From Somniosus microcephalus (Eukaryota), in NCBI GenBank assembly GCA_052327205.1, contig CM126202.1:454212001-454276000 (forward strand): a stretch of 64,000 nt of DNA, in the 5' to 3' direction. The notes beneath the pieces are model-generated. The model was not told the origin of the DNA. It made no database searches and worked only from the letters and a program-made list of their open reading frames with translations. Positions 10,359 to 22,900 of the stretch are shown in pieces. The position numbers were made by a program, and so were the translations under genes. How positions within the stretch are numbered: position 1 is the stretch's first letter; each line of letters opens with the position of its first letter.

Positions 10359-13219
10359 TCAGTACCCTGTACCTGCCTTCTCCCCATATCCCTTGATACC
10401 TTTAGCTCTAAGAAATATATCTAACTCCTTCTTGAATATATTTAAAGACTTGGCCTCAACCGCCTTCTGTGGTAGAGAATTCCAGAGGTTCACCACTCTC
10501 TGGGTGAAGAAATTCTTCCTCATCTCTGTCCTAAATGTCTTACCCCTTATCCTTAGACTATGACCCCTGGCTCTGGACACACCGACCATCGGGAACATTC
10601 TACCTGCATCTAGTTTGTCCAGACCTGTCAGAATTTTATAAGTTTCGATGAGATCCCCTCTCATTCTTCTAAACTCCAGCGAGTATAAGCCCAATCGACC
10701 CAATCTCTCCTCATACGTCATTCCTGCCATCCCAGGGATCAGCCTTGTGAACCTTCGCTGAACTCCTTCCATGGCAAGAACATTCTTCCTCAGATAAGGT
10801 GCCCAAAACTGCACACAGTACTCAAGGTGTGGTCTCACCAAGGCCCTGTACAACTGCAACAGGACATCCTTGCTCCTGTACTTAAACCCTTTTGCTATGA
10901 AGGCCAACATACCATTTGCCTTCTTCACCGCCTGCTGCACCTGCATGCTTACCTTCAGTGACTGGTGCACAAGGACACCCAGGTCTCGTTGCACTTCCCC
11001 TTCTCCCAATCTATTGCCATTCAGATAATAGTCTGCCTTTCTGTTTTTGACACCAAAGTGGATAACCTCGCATTTATCCACGTTATATTGCATCTGCCAC
11101 GCTTCTGCCCAATCACCCAAACTGTCCAAATCATCCTGGAGTTTCTCGGTATCCTCCTCGCAGCACACACGCCCACCCAGCTTTGTGTCGTCTGCAAACT
11201 TGGAGATATTACATCTAGTTCCCTTATCTAGATCATTAATGTATATTGTGAATAGCTGGGGTCCAAGGACCGATCCCTGCGGTACCCCACTAGTCACTGC
11301 CTGCCACTTGGAAAGAGACCCGTTAATTCCTACTCTCTGCTTTCTGTCCGCCAACCAGTTCTCTATCCAAGTCAATACCTTGCCCCCAATCCCATGTGCC
11401 TTAACTTTACACGCTAATCTCTTATGCGGGACCTTATCGAAAGCCTTTTGAAAGTCCAAATACACCACATCTACTGGTTCTCCCTTATCTATTTTCCCAG
11501 TTACATCCTCAAAAAATTCCAGTAGATTAGTCAAGCACGATTTACCTTTTGTAAATCCATGTTGACTTTGTCCGATCCTGTCACTGTTTTCCAAGTGCTC
11601 AGCTATTACATTCTTTATAATGGACTCTAGCATTTTCCCCACTACCGATGTCAGGCTTACCGGTCTGTAATTCCCCGCTTTCTCTCTACCACCCTTTTTG
11701 AATCGTGGGGTAACATTAGCTACCCTCCAATCCATGGGTACAGTTCCAGATTCCAGCGAATTTTGGAAGATGATCAGCAATGCATCTACTATTTCTAGGG
11801 CCACTTCCTTAAGTACCCTAGGATGTAGATTATCAGGCCCTGGGGATTTATCGGCCTTCAATCCCATCAATTTCCCTAACACCATTTCCCTACAAATACT
11901 GATTTCTTTCAGTTCCTCCCTCTCATCAGACCCTATGCTCTCCAACATCTCTGGGAGGTTATTTGTGTCCTCCTTTGTGAAGACAGAACCAAAATATGCA
12001 TTTAATTGGTCTGCCATTTCTTTGTTCCCCATTATAACATCCCCTGCTTCTGACTGCAAGGGACCTACACTTGATTTCACTAATCTTTTTCTCTTCACAT
12101 ATCTATAAAAGCTCTTACAGTCAGTTTTTATGTTCCCTGCAAGCTTACTTTCATATTCTATTTTCCCCTTCTTAATTAATCCCTTTGTCCTCCTTTGTTG
12201 AATCCTAAACTGCTCCCAATCCTCAGGGTTACTGCTTTTTCTGGCCAATTTATATGCCCTCTTCTTGGATCTTATGCTATCCCTAATTTCCCTTGTTAGC
12301 CATGGTTGAGTCACCCTTTTTGTTTTATTCTTATCCCAAACTGGGATTAACAACTTCTGTAGTTCATCCATGCAGTCTTTGAATGTTTGCCATTGCCTAT
12401 CCACCGTCAACCCTTTGAGTGACATTCCCCAATCAATCCAACCAATTCGCGCCTCATACCATCGTTGTTTCCTTTATTTAATTTCAGGAACCTAGTCTCT
12501 GAGTCAACTATTTCATTCTCCATCCTAATGAAGAATTCTATCATATTATGATCGCTCTGACCCAAGGGGCCTCGTACAACAGGATTGCTAATTAATCCTC
12601 TCTCATTACATAATACCCAGTCTAAGATGGCCTGATCTCTGGTTGGTTCCTCGACATATTGTTCCAGAAAACCATCCCGTAAACATTCTAGGAATTCCTC
12701 CTCCACAGTATTTTTACTAATTTGGTTAGCCCAATCTATATGTAAATTAAAGTCACCCATGATGACTCCTGTGCCCTTATTGCACGCATCTCTAATTTCC
12801 CGTTTAATGCCATCCCCAACCTCCGTATTACTGTTTGGAGGTCTATATACCACTCCCACTAACGTTTTCTGCCCCTTGATATTTCTCAGTTCTACCCATA
12901 CAGATTCCGCATCATCAGAGTTAATATCCTTCCTTTCCATTGTGTTAATCCCCTCTTTAACCGGCAATGCTACCCCACCTCCCTTTCTTTTTTGCCTATC
13001 CTTCCTAAATATTGAATACCCCTGGATGTTGAGTTCCCAGCCTTGGCCATCCTGGAGCCATGTTTCTGTAATCCCAATCAAATCATATTCGTTTACCTCT
13101 ATTTGCGCAGCTAATTCAGCCACCTTGTTCCGAATGCTCCTTGCATTAAGACACAAAGCCTTCAGGCTTGTTTTTTTAACGCTCTCAGACCTACATGAAT
13201 TATTATTTACTGTGACCAT
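10359..13219 (-). pseudogene. CR1 ORF2, APE endonuclease + reverse transcriptase, one frameshift near 12440
   Basis: EN motifs LNARSI, ITETWL, GVVYRPP, MGDFN, SDHN (13219-12407). RT motifs [36 protein letters not shown] (12425-10359). The frame is open upstream to 13351. Confidence 0.93.
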
Positions 13220-13341
13220 GTTTGATTTAAACCGTTGAGTTCTTTGCCTTCTAATTTTGTTTTTCTCCTTCCTTTCTTTTGCTTTTTTCCTTGTTTCCCT
13301 TTCCTCTGTCTCCCTACTCAGGTTCCCAACCTCCTGCCACT

Positions 13342-14292
13342 TTAGTTTAAACCCTCCCCAACAGCACTAGCAAACACTCCCCCTAGGACATCGGTCCCGG
13401 CCCTGCCCAGGTGCAAACCTTCCTGTTTGTACTGGTCCCACCTCTCCCAGAACCGGTTCCAATGTCCAAGGAATTTGAATCCCTCCCCCTTGCACCATTT
13501 CTCTAGCCACGTATTCATTTGAAATATCCTCCTATTTCTACTCTGACTAGCACGTGACACTGGTAGCAATCCTGAGATTACTACCTTTGAGGTCCTATTT
13601 TTTAATTTACCTCCTAACTCCCTATATTCTGCTTTTAGGACCTCATCCCGTTTTGTACCTATATCGTTGGTGCCTATGTGCACCACGACAACTGGCTGTT
13701 CGCCCTCCCCCTCCAAAATGTTCTGCAGCCGCTCTGAGACATCCTTGACCCTTGCACCAGGGAGGCAACACACCATCCTGGAGTCTCGATTGCGGCCGCA
13801 AAAACGCCTATCTATTCCCCTTACAATTGAGTCCCCTATCACTAGAGCTTTCCCACTCTTTTTCCTCCCAGCCTGTGCAGCAGAGCCACCCATGGTGCCA
13901 GGAAGTTGGCTGCTGCTGCCTTCCCCTGATGAGTCATCCCCCCCAACAGTATTTAAAGTGGTATATCTGTTGGAGAGGGGGATGGCCGCAGGGGATTCCT
14001 GCACTACCTGCCTGCACCTCTTACTCTGCCTGCTGGTCACCCATTCCCTTCCTGCCTGTACACACTTTACCTGCGGTGTGACCAACTCACTATATGTGAT
14101 ATTCACGACGTCCTCAGCATCGCGAATGCTCCAAAATGAATCCATCCGCAGCTCCAGTGCCGCAATGCGGTCTGTCAGTAGCTGCAGCTGGACACACTTC
14201 CCGCACACATGGTCGTCAGGGATGCAGGAAGCGTCCCTGATTTCCCACATAGAGCAGGAGGAGCACACTACGGGGCTGGGCTGTCCTGCCAT
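13342..14292 (-). CDS. CR1 ORF1p: N-terminal Cys zinc-finger/coiled coil plus SGNH/GDSL esterase domain (316 aa)
   Basis: CSSC..CGKC followed by a heptad segment; GDSIVR (block I), PGA, HIGTND (block III), GLHL (block V). Known architecture of esterase-type CR1 ORF1. Confidence 0.9.
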   Translation of the reverse strand: MAGQPSPVVCSSCSMWEIRDASCIPDDHVCGKCVQLQLLTDRIAALELRMDSFWSIRDAEDVVNITYSELVTPQVKCVQAGREWVTSRQSKRCRQVVQESPAAIPLSNRYTTLNTVGGDDSSGEGSSSQLPGTMGGSAAQAGRKKSGKALVIGDSIVRGIDRRFCGRNRDSRMVCCLPGARVKDVSERLQNILEGEGEQPVVVVHIGTNDIGTKRDEVLKAEYRELGGKLKNRTSKVVISGLLPVSRASQSRNRRIFQMNTWLEKWCKGEGFKFLGHWNRFWERWDQYKQEGLHLGRAGTDVLGGVFASAVGEGLN

Positions 14293-15304
14293 GACTTACC
14301 CTTTAACTAATTAATTAAAATTAAATGAATCCCACCAATTTCTCTGCAGTTAAATTATATATTTAAGGGCCCTGGTTTACAAACTGTCCCCGCTACACCA
14401 CAGAGACTTTAAAAGCTATAAACCACAGACTTAAAGTTTTAAAACGAGAGAAATACTCCAATCAATCACCTACCTGTTTTGTGGTGACGTCACACCTCGA
14501 ATACTTTTTACCTCCCTCCTTCCCTGAGATTGGAGATTGGTGAGGCCCACCTGAGCCTCTGGGGCCTTTTGTAGTCGCTCTGCCGCTCCGAGATTCCTCC
14601 CACCGCTGCCGATTGTCCTATGAGGAGAGATTGAGTAGACTAGGCTTATATTCTCTCGAGTTTAAAAGAATGAGAGGTGATCTCATTGAAACATACAAAA
14701 TTCTTACAGGGCTTGACAGGGTAAATGCAGGGAGGATGTTTCCCTGGTTGGGGAGTCTAGAACCAGGGGTCACTGTCTCAGAATAAGGGGTCGGCCATTT
14801 AGGACTGAGATGAGGAGGAATTTCTTCACTCAGAGGGTGGTGAATCTTTGGAATTCTCTACCCCAGAGGGCTGTGGAGGCTCAGTCATTGAGTATATTCA
14901 AGACAGAGATCGATAGATTTTTGAATATTAAGGGAATCAAGGGATATGGGGATAGTGCAGGAAAGTGGAGATGAGGTAGAAGATCAGCCATAATCCTATT
15001 CAATGGCGGAGCAGGCTCGAGGGGCCGAATGGCCTACTCCTGCTCCTATTTCATATGTTCTTATGTTCTTATGTACACCCCCGTGTTGAACAAAGAGCCC
15101 CTTTTATCAGCTTCTGCATTTAATCCGTATTCCAGGAGCCCAAGGTCAGTGAACCAACTCCTGCTCTTTATCCTGCAGAGTCCAGTTTCCTTCGACCAAA
15201 AGCAGAGAACTGGATCTCCAAGTACAGCTGAGTCCAGAGCAATTGAATTCAACCGTACCGACACCAGGGAGGGGGGTCACAGACACAGGGAGGGGGTCAC
15301 AGAA

Positions 15305-16268
15305 ATGGACGAGGGAATTGGATGTAATATCTCCAAATTTGCAGATGACACAAAGCTGGGTGGGAGGTTATGCTGTGAGGAGGATGTCGTGAAACTCCAG
15401 TATGATTTGGATAGGTTGGGTGATTGGGCAGAAACATGGCAAATGCACTATAATGTGGATAAATGTGAGGTTATCCACTTTGGTGGCAAAACAGGAAGGC
15501 AGATTATTATTTGAATGGCAATAGATTGGGAGAAGGGGAAGTGCAAAGAGACCTGGGTGTTCTTGTGCACCAGTCGCTGAAGGTAAGCATGCAGGTGCAG
15601 CAGGCGGTTAAGAAGGCAAATGGTATGTTGGCCTTCGTAGCAAGAGGGTTCGAGTACAAGAACAAGGATGTCTTGCTGCAGTTGTACAGGGCCTTGGTGA
15701 GACCACACCTTGAGTATTGTGTGCAGTTTTGGTCACCTTACCTGAGGAAGGATGTTCTTGCCATGGAAGGAGTGCAGCGAAGATTCACCAGGCTGATACT
15801 TGGGATGGCAGGAATGACGTACGAGGAGAGATTCTGTCGATTGGGCTTATACTCACTGGAGTTTAGAAGATTGAGAGGGGATCTCATCGAAACCTATAAA
15901 ATTCTGTCAGGCCTGGACAGACTAGATGCAGGAAGGATGTTTCTGATGGCCGGGGAGTGCAGAACCAGGGGTCATAGTCTAAGGATAAGGGGTAAGCCAT
16001 TTAGGACTGAAATGAGGAGGAATTTCTTCACCCAGAGAGTGGTGAACCTGTGGAATTCTCTGCCACAGAGGGCGGTGGAGGCCAGTTCATTAAATATATT
16101 CAAGAAAGAGTTGGATATATTTCTTAAGGCTAAAGGGATCAAGGGATATGGGGAGAAGGCAGGGACAGGGTACTGAATTTGGATGATCAGCCATGATCTC
16201 ATCGAATGGTGGAGCAGGCTCGAGGGGCCGAATGGCCTACTCCTGCTCCTATCTTCTATGTTTCTATG
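15305..16268 (+). mobile_element. Young CR1 3' fragment inserted in the minisatellite
   Basis: [17 protein letters not shown] ... GIKGYGEKAGTGY, tail TCTTCTATGTTTCTATGT; minisatellite units on both sides. Confidence 0.92.
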
Positions 16269-18279
16269 TGAGGGGGGGTCACAGACATGGGGAGGGGGTC
16301 ACAGACATGGGGAGGAGGGTCACAGACATGGGGATGAGGGTCACAGACACGGGGAGGAGGGTCACAGACTCAGGGAGGGGGGTCACAGACACGGGGAGGG
16401 GGTCACAGACACGGGGAGGGGTCACAGACACGGGGAGGGGGTCACAGACACGGGGAGGGGTCACAGACACAGGGGGGTCACAGACACGGGGAGGGGGTCA
16501 CTGACACGGGGAGGGGGGGTCACAGACACGGGGAGGGGTCACAGACACGGGGAGGGGGTCACAGACACAGGGAGGGGGTCACAGACACGGGGAGGGGTCA
16601 CAGACACGGGGAGGGGGTCACAGACACGGGGAGGGGTCACAGACACAGGGAGGGGGTCACAGACACGGGGAGGAGGTCACAGACAGGGGGAGGGGGGTCA
16701 CAGACACGGGGCGGGGGGTCACAGACACGGCGAGGGGTCACAGACATGGGGAGGGCGGTCACAGACAGGGGGAGGGCGGTCACAGACACGGGGAGGAGGT
16801 CACAGACATGGGGAGGGGGCTCACAGACACGGGGAGGAGGTCACAGACAGGGGGAGGGCGGTCACAGACACGGGGAGGAGGTCACAGACAGGGGGAGGGC
16901 GGTCACAGACACGGGGACGGCGGTCACAGACACGGGAAGGAGGTCACAGACAGGGGGAGGGCGGTCTCAGCCAAGGAAGGGGGGTCACAGACACAGGGAG
17001 GGGTCACAGACACGGGGAGGGGTCACAGACAGGGGGAGGGCGGTCACAGACACGGGGAGGAGGTCACAGACAGGGGGAGGGCGGTCACAGACACGGGGAG
17101 GAGGTCACAGACAGGGGGAGGGCGGTCACAGACACAGGGAGGGCGGTCACAGACACGGGGAGGGGTCACAGACACGGGGAGGGGTCACAGACAGGGGGAG
17201 GGCGGTCACAGACACGGGGATGGCAGTCACAGACAGGGGGAGGGCGGTCACAGACACGGGGAGGAGGTCACAGACAGGGGGAGGGGGGTCACAGACAGGG
17301 GGAGGGGGGTCACAGACACGGGGAGGGGGGTCACAGACATGGGGAGGAGGTCACAGACAGGGGGAGGGCGGTCACAGACACGGGGAGGGCGGTCACAAAC
17401 ACGGGGAGGAGGTCACAGACACGGGGAGGGGGGTCACAGACACGGGGAGGGCTCACAGACACGGGGAGGGGGGTCACAGACACGGGGAGGGGGGTCACAG
17501 ACACGGGGAGGGCGGTCACAGACACGGGGAGGAGGTCACAGACACGGGGAGGGTGGTCACAGACACGGGGAGGGGTCACAGACACGGGGAGGGGGGTCAC
17601 AGACACGGGGAGGAGGTCACAGACACGGGGAGGGCGGTCACAGACACGGGGAGGGGTCACAGACACGGGGAGGGCGGTCACAGACACGGGGAGGAGGTCA
17701 TAGGCACGGGGAGGGCGGTCACAGATACGGGGAGGGGTCACAGACACGGAGAGGGTGGTCACAGACACGGGGAGGGGGTCACAGACACGGGGAGGGGAGT
17801 CACAGACAGGGGGAGGGCGGTCACAGACACGGGGAGGGGGTCACAGACATGGGGAGGGGGATCACAGGCACGGGAAGGAGAGTCACAGACAGGGGGAGGG
17901 CGGTCACAGACACGGGGAGGAGGTCACAGACACGGGGAGGGCGGTCACAGACACGGGGAGGAGGTCACAGACACGGGGAGGATGGTCACAGACACGGGGA
18001 GGAGGTCACAGACACGGGGAGGAGGTCACAGACAGGGGGAGGAGGTCACAGACAGGGGGAGGGCGGTCACAGACACGGGGAGGAGGTCACAGACACGGGG
18101 AGGGCGGCCACAGACACGGGGAGGAGGTCTCAGACACGGGGAGGGGGTCACAGACACAGGGAGGGGGATCACAGACACGGGAGGAGGGTCACAGACACGG
18201 GGAGGGGGGTCACAGACACAGGGAGGGGGGTCACAGACATGGGAAGGGGGGTCACACTCAGGGGGTGGAGGTCACAGAC

Positions 18280-19065
18280 AAGAATACCCTCAGTCAACTA
18301 GTCCTGGGACTCAGTGAAGTAACTACTAACAATACTAACAATAACCAGCCCCAGGACAGTGACAGGGGTAACACAAAGAATTCGACCCAACACAATCGTC
18401 GCTAAGCAAAAGGAAAAATATCTGACATATTGGGCAGAAACAACAAAAACCCAAAGCAAACTCAATTGCTACTTGGCCCTAAACAGACAATACAACATAG
18501 CTGATTACCTGACCATGGTAAAGGATAACAAACTGAGAAGAACCTTGACAAGGTACAGACTTAGCGAACATAGCCTAGCGATCGAAAAAGGCAGACACAG
18601 GCAGACCAGGCTGCCAAGAGAGGACAGGATATGCTCTCACTGCAGTCAGGGAGTGGTGGAGACAGAGATGCACTTCCTCACAGCTTGTGGAAAATATCAG
18701 GGCATCAGGGAGAATTTCTACCAAAAATTCTCACAAATATGCCCTGATTTCAGAAATCTGAATGACAACCAAAAACTCCCATTCCTACTGGGAGAGGAGA
18801 GAAGCTGTATAACACTGGCGGCACACTATGTTACAGCTTGCCATGAACAGAGGGACAACCAGTAAACTAAGAAAAGAATATATATAAACAATGCGAATGT
18901 ATATTTATACACTCAGGGATATACCTGTTTATACACTGTATGAATAGAACTGCGTTTATGTGCTAAACCATAAATGTATTTTGATGCTTTGGCAACATAA
19001 GATGTAACTTATCATGCCAATAAAGCGATTTGAATTGTGAATTGTGAATTGTGAATTGTGAATTG
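18280..19065 (+). mobile_element. Non-LTR retrotransposon 3' fragment, RTEX-like, with (GAATTGT)n tail
   Basis: ORF end with RLSEHSLAIEKGRH and CCHC knuckle CSHC-x8-H-x4-C, then AATAAA and a tandem tail. Clade assigned from memory of fish RTE-X elements. Confidence 0.7.
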
Positions 19066-19357
19066 GGAGGGCGGTCACAGACACGGGAAGGGGGCCACAG
19101 ACACGGGGAGGGGGATCACAGACACGGGAAGGAGAGTCACAGACAGGGGGAGGGGTCACAGACACGGGGAGGAGGGTCACAGACACGGGGAGGTGGATCA
19201 CAGACATGGGGAGGGGGATCACAGACATGGGGAGGGGTATCACAGACACGGCGAGGGGGATCACAGACACGGGAAGGAGTGCCACAGACAGGGGGAGGGG
19301 TCACAGACACGGGGAGGAGGGTCATAGACATGGGGAGGGGGATCACAGACATGGGGA

Positions 19358-19850
19358 GGGGGCAATTTTAATCGAACCCGCCTGTCACTAGTTTTCGCCC
19401 CGCCCGGTTTTACGTCAGTGCAGAGTTTTATTGCACGGGATGTCAGGTCGGTGTTCCACCCGATCCCACAGGTTTCCCGCTCGGAGAGTTAGGTCAAAAT
19501 TACTCCCGGGGTTCGTGGAATCCGAGATAAAGGAACCCCTTGCGCCCCGCCCCATGTCATCTATTAGTTTCCGCTTCCAAGACAAAAGAGTTGGAGGCGA
19601 TTTTAACTCTAGTCGCTCAGCAGAAACCTGGCGGGCGGGCAGTTAAAATCGCCTGCGGGCTCTTCCCTGTCCGAAAGCTGCCATGATCGCAACATCTGCA
19701 ATTTTAACCCGCTCTCCTGAGGCAGGCAGCGAGAACAGACGCCCGGAGCCAACGGGGTCCTTCTTTACACAGGCATGTTGCGGCCCGATGACATCATTGA
19801 GACCCGAGTATAATTTTAACCCTGAGCGGGGAATCCACCTGGAGTGAAAT
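19358..19850. mobile_element. Degenerate MITE-like DNA element(s)
   Basis: GGGGCAATTTTAA start, recurring ATTTTAAC / GTTAAAAT inverted motifs, CpG-rich. Ends unresolved. Confidence 0.35.
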
Positions 19851-19904
19851 ATCCATTTCATCTTTTGTATTTGTTGTGGAAACTTGTTTACTTTTCAGTG
19901 CTCA

Positions 19905-22900
19905 GCACCAACCCCAACCCCCACCCAACCTCCCTCACTCCCAAGCCCCAACATCCCCAATCACCCCCATCCCCCCACACTCCCCAACCCCCCACCCACC
20001 AACCCCCACACTCCCCATCTCCCCCACACTCCCCAATCCCCCATCTCCCCCACACTCCCCAATCCCCCCATCTCCCCCACACTCCTCAATCCCCCCATCT
20101 CCCCCATACTCCCCAATCCCCCCATCTCCCCCACACTCCCCAATCCCCCCAAACCCCACACTCCCCAACCCCCCACCCACCAACCCCCACACTCCCCAAT
20201 CCCCCCATCTCCCCCACACTCCCCAATCCCCCCAAACCCCACACTCCCCAACCCCCCACCCACCAACTCCCACATTCCCCATCTCCCCATCCCCCCACAC
20301 TCCCCAATCCCTTACCCCGAACCCCCACACTCCCCAATCCCCCCATCTCCCCAATCACCCCCATCCCCCCACACTCCCCAACCCCCCACCCACCAACCCC
20401 CACACTCCCCCACACTCCCCAATCCCCCATCTCCCCCACACTCCCCAATCCCCCCATGTCCCCCACACTCCCCAATCCCCCCATCTCCCCCACACTCCCC
20501 AATCCCCCCATCTCCCCACACTCCCCAATCCCCCCATCTCCCCGACACTCCCCAATCCCCCCATCTCCCCCACACTCCCCAATCCCCCCATCTCCCCCAC
20601 ACTCCCCAATCCCCCCATCTCCCCCACACTCCCCAATCCCCCCATCTCCCCACACTCCCCAATCCCCCCATCTCCCCCACACTCCCCAATCCCCCCATCT
20701 CCCCCACACTCCCCAATCCCCCCATCTCCCCCACACTCCCCAATCCCCCACCCCCAACCCCCACACTCCCCAACCCCCCACCCACCAACCCCCACACTCC
20801 CCAATCCCCCATCTCCCCCACACTCCCCAATACCCCCATCTCCCCCACACTCCCCATTCCCCCCATCTCCCCCACACTCCCCAATCCCCCCATCTCCCCC
20901 ACACTCCCCAATCCCCCCATCTCCCCCACACTCCCCAATCCCCCCATCTCCCCCACACTCCCCAATCCCCCACCCCCAACCCCCACACTCCCCAATCCCC
21001 CCATCTCCCCCACACTCCCCAATCCCCCCATCTCCCCCACACTCCCCAATCCCACCATCTCCCCCACACTCCCCAATCCCCCATCTCCCCCACACTCCCC
21101 AATCCCCCACAAACCCCACACTCCCCAACCCCCCACCCACCAACCCCCACACTCCCCAACCCTCCACCCACCAACCCCCACACTCCCCAATCCCCCATCT
21201 CCCCCACACTCCCCAACCCCCCATCTCCTCCACACTCCCCATCCCCCCATCTCCCCCACACACCCCATCCCCACATCTCCCCCACACTCCCAAATCCCCC
21301 CATCTCCCTCACACTGCCCATCCCCCTATCTCCCCCACATACCCCATCCCACCATCTCCCCCACACTCCCCAATCCCCCATCCCCACACACTCCACACAG
21401 TCCCCAATCCCCCCATCCCACCACACTCCCCAAACCCCCACCCCCCAACACCCACACTCTCCCATCTCCCCGATCTCCCCCACACTCCCCAATCCCCCCA
21501 TCCTCCCCCAGCTCCCCAACACCCCCCATCTCCCCCACACTCCCCAATGCCCCCATCCCCCCAAACTCCCCAATCCCCCACACTCCCTAATCCCCCCATC
21601 ACCCCCACACTCCCTAATCCCCCATCACCCCCACACTCCCCAATCCCCCATCCACCCCACACTCCCCAATCCCCCCATCCACCCCACACTCCCAATCCCC
21701 CCATCTCCCCCAAATTCCCCAATCCCCCCATCTCCCCCACACTCCCCAATCCCCCATCTCCCCCACACTCCCCAATCCCCCCATCTCCCCCACACTCCCC
21801 AATCCCCCCATCTCCCCACACACCCCAATCCCCCATCTCCCCCACACTCCCCAATCCCCCCATCTACCCCACACTCCCCAATCCCCCCATTCCCCCACAC
21901 TCCCCAATCCCCCATCTCCCCCACACTCCCCAATCCCCCCATCTCCCCCACACTCCCCAATCCCCCCATCTCCCCCACACTCCCCAATCCCCCCATCTCC
22001 CCCACACTGCCCAATCCCCCATCTCCCCCACACTCACCAATCCCCCCATCTCCCCCACACTCCCTAATCCACCCATCTCCCCCACACTCCCCAATCCCCA
22101 CAACTTCCCCACACTCCCCAATCCCCCCATCTCCCCCACACTCCCCAATCCCCCCATCTCCCCCACACTCCCCAATCCCCCCAACCCCCAAACCCCACAC
22201 TCCCCAACCCCCCACCCACCAACACCCACACACCCCAACCCCCCACCCACCAACCCCCACACTCCCTATCCCCCATCTCGCCCACACTCCCCATCCCACC
22301 ATCTCCCCCACACTCCCCAATCCCCCCATCTCCCCCACACTTACCATCCCCCCATCTTCCCCACACTCCCCATCCTCCCATCTCCCCCACACTCCCCAAT
22401 CCCCCATCTACCCCACACTCCCCATCCCCCCCATCTCCCCCACACTCCCCAATCCCCCCAATCCCCCCCACACTCCCCAATCCGACCCATCCCACCCACA
22501 CTCCCCAATCCCCCCATCCCCGCACCCCCATCTCCCCGCAACACTCCCCAATCCCCCCCATCCCCCCCACACTCCCCAATCCCCACACCCCCCCACACTC
22601 CCCAATCCCCCATCCCCCCCCCACACTCCCCAATCCCCCCACCCCCCCCACACTCCCCAATCCCCCCATCTCCCCCACAATCCCCCCCACCCCCCCCACA
22701 CTCACCAATCCCCACATCTCCCCCACACTCCCCAATCCCCCCATCTCCCCCACACTCCCCAATCCCCCCATCCCCCCCCAGACTCCCCCCAATCCTCCCA
22801 TCCCCCCCACACTCCCCAATCCCCCCGTCCCCCCCAGGCTCCCCAATCCCCCCATCCCCCCCCACACTCCACCCCAATCCCCCCCATCCCCCCCAGACTC

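Larger units (their letters stand above)
10265..14610 (-). mobile_element. Near full-length CR1 LINE (5' UTR, ORF1, ORF2, tail)
   Basis: GATT duplicated at 10261-10264 and 14611-14614; intact ORF1; ORF2 with one frameshift; (TTTCTATG)n tail. Confidence 0.95.
5800..15072 (+). mobile_element. Older CR1 LINE (ORF2 3' two-thirds plus tail) split by four nested insertions
   Basis: Collinear ORF2 pieces at 5800-6099, 7653-8214, 9391-9962, 10117-10264 and 14611-15072 rejoin as LNKYF|VSVF, KAFNKV|PHKR, KSK|DV, GMGG|LSYEERL. Confidence 0.88.
15259..19360. repeat. G-rich minisatellite, ~19-21-bp unit GGTCACAGACACGGGGAGG(G/C/A)n, interrupted by two LINE insertions
   Basis: Directly visible tandem units at 15259-15303, 16270-18279 and 19066-19360. 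Confidence 0.95.

Noticed and set aside
16183-18405. ~500-aa GHRHGE / VTDTGR repeat ORFs
   Set aside because: Translations of the minisatellite, open in all three + frames.
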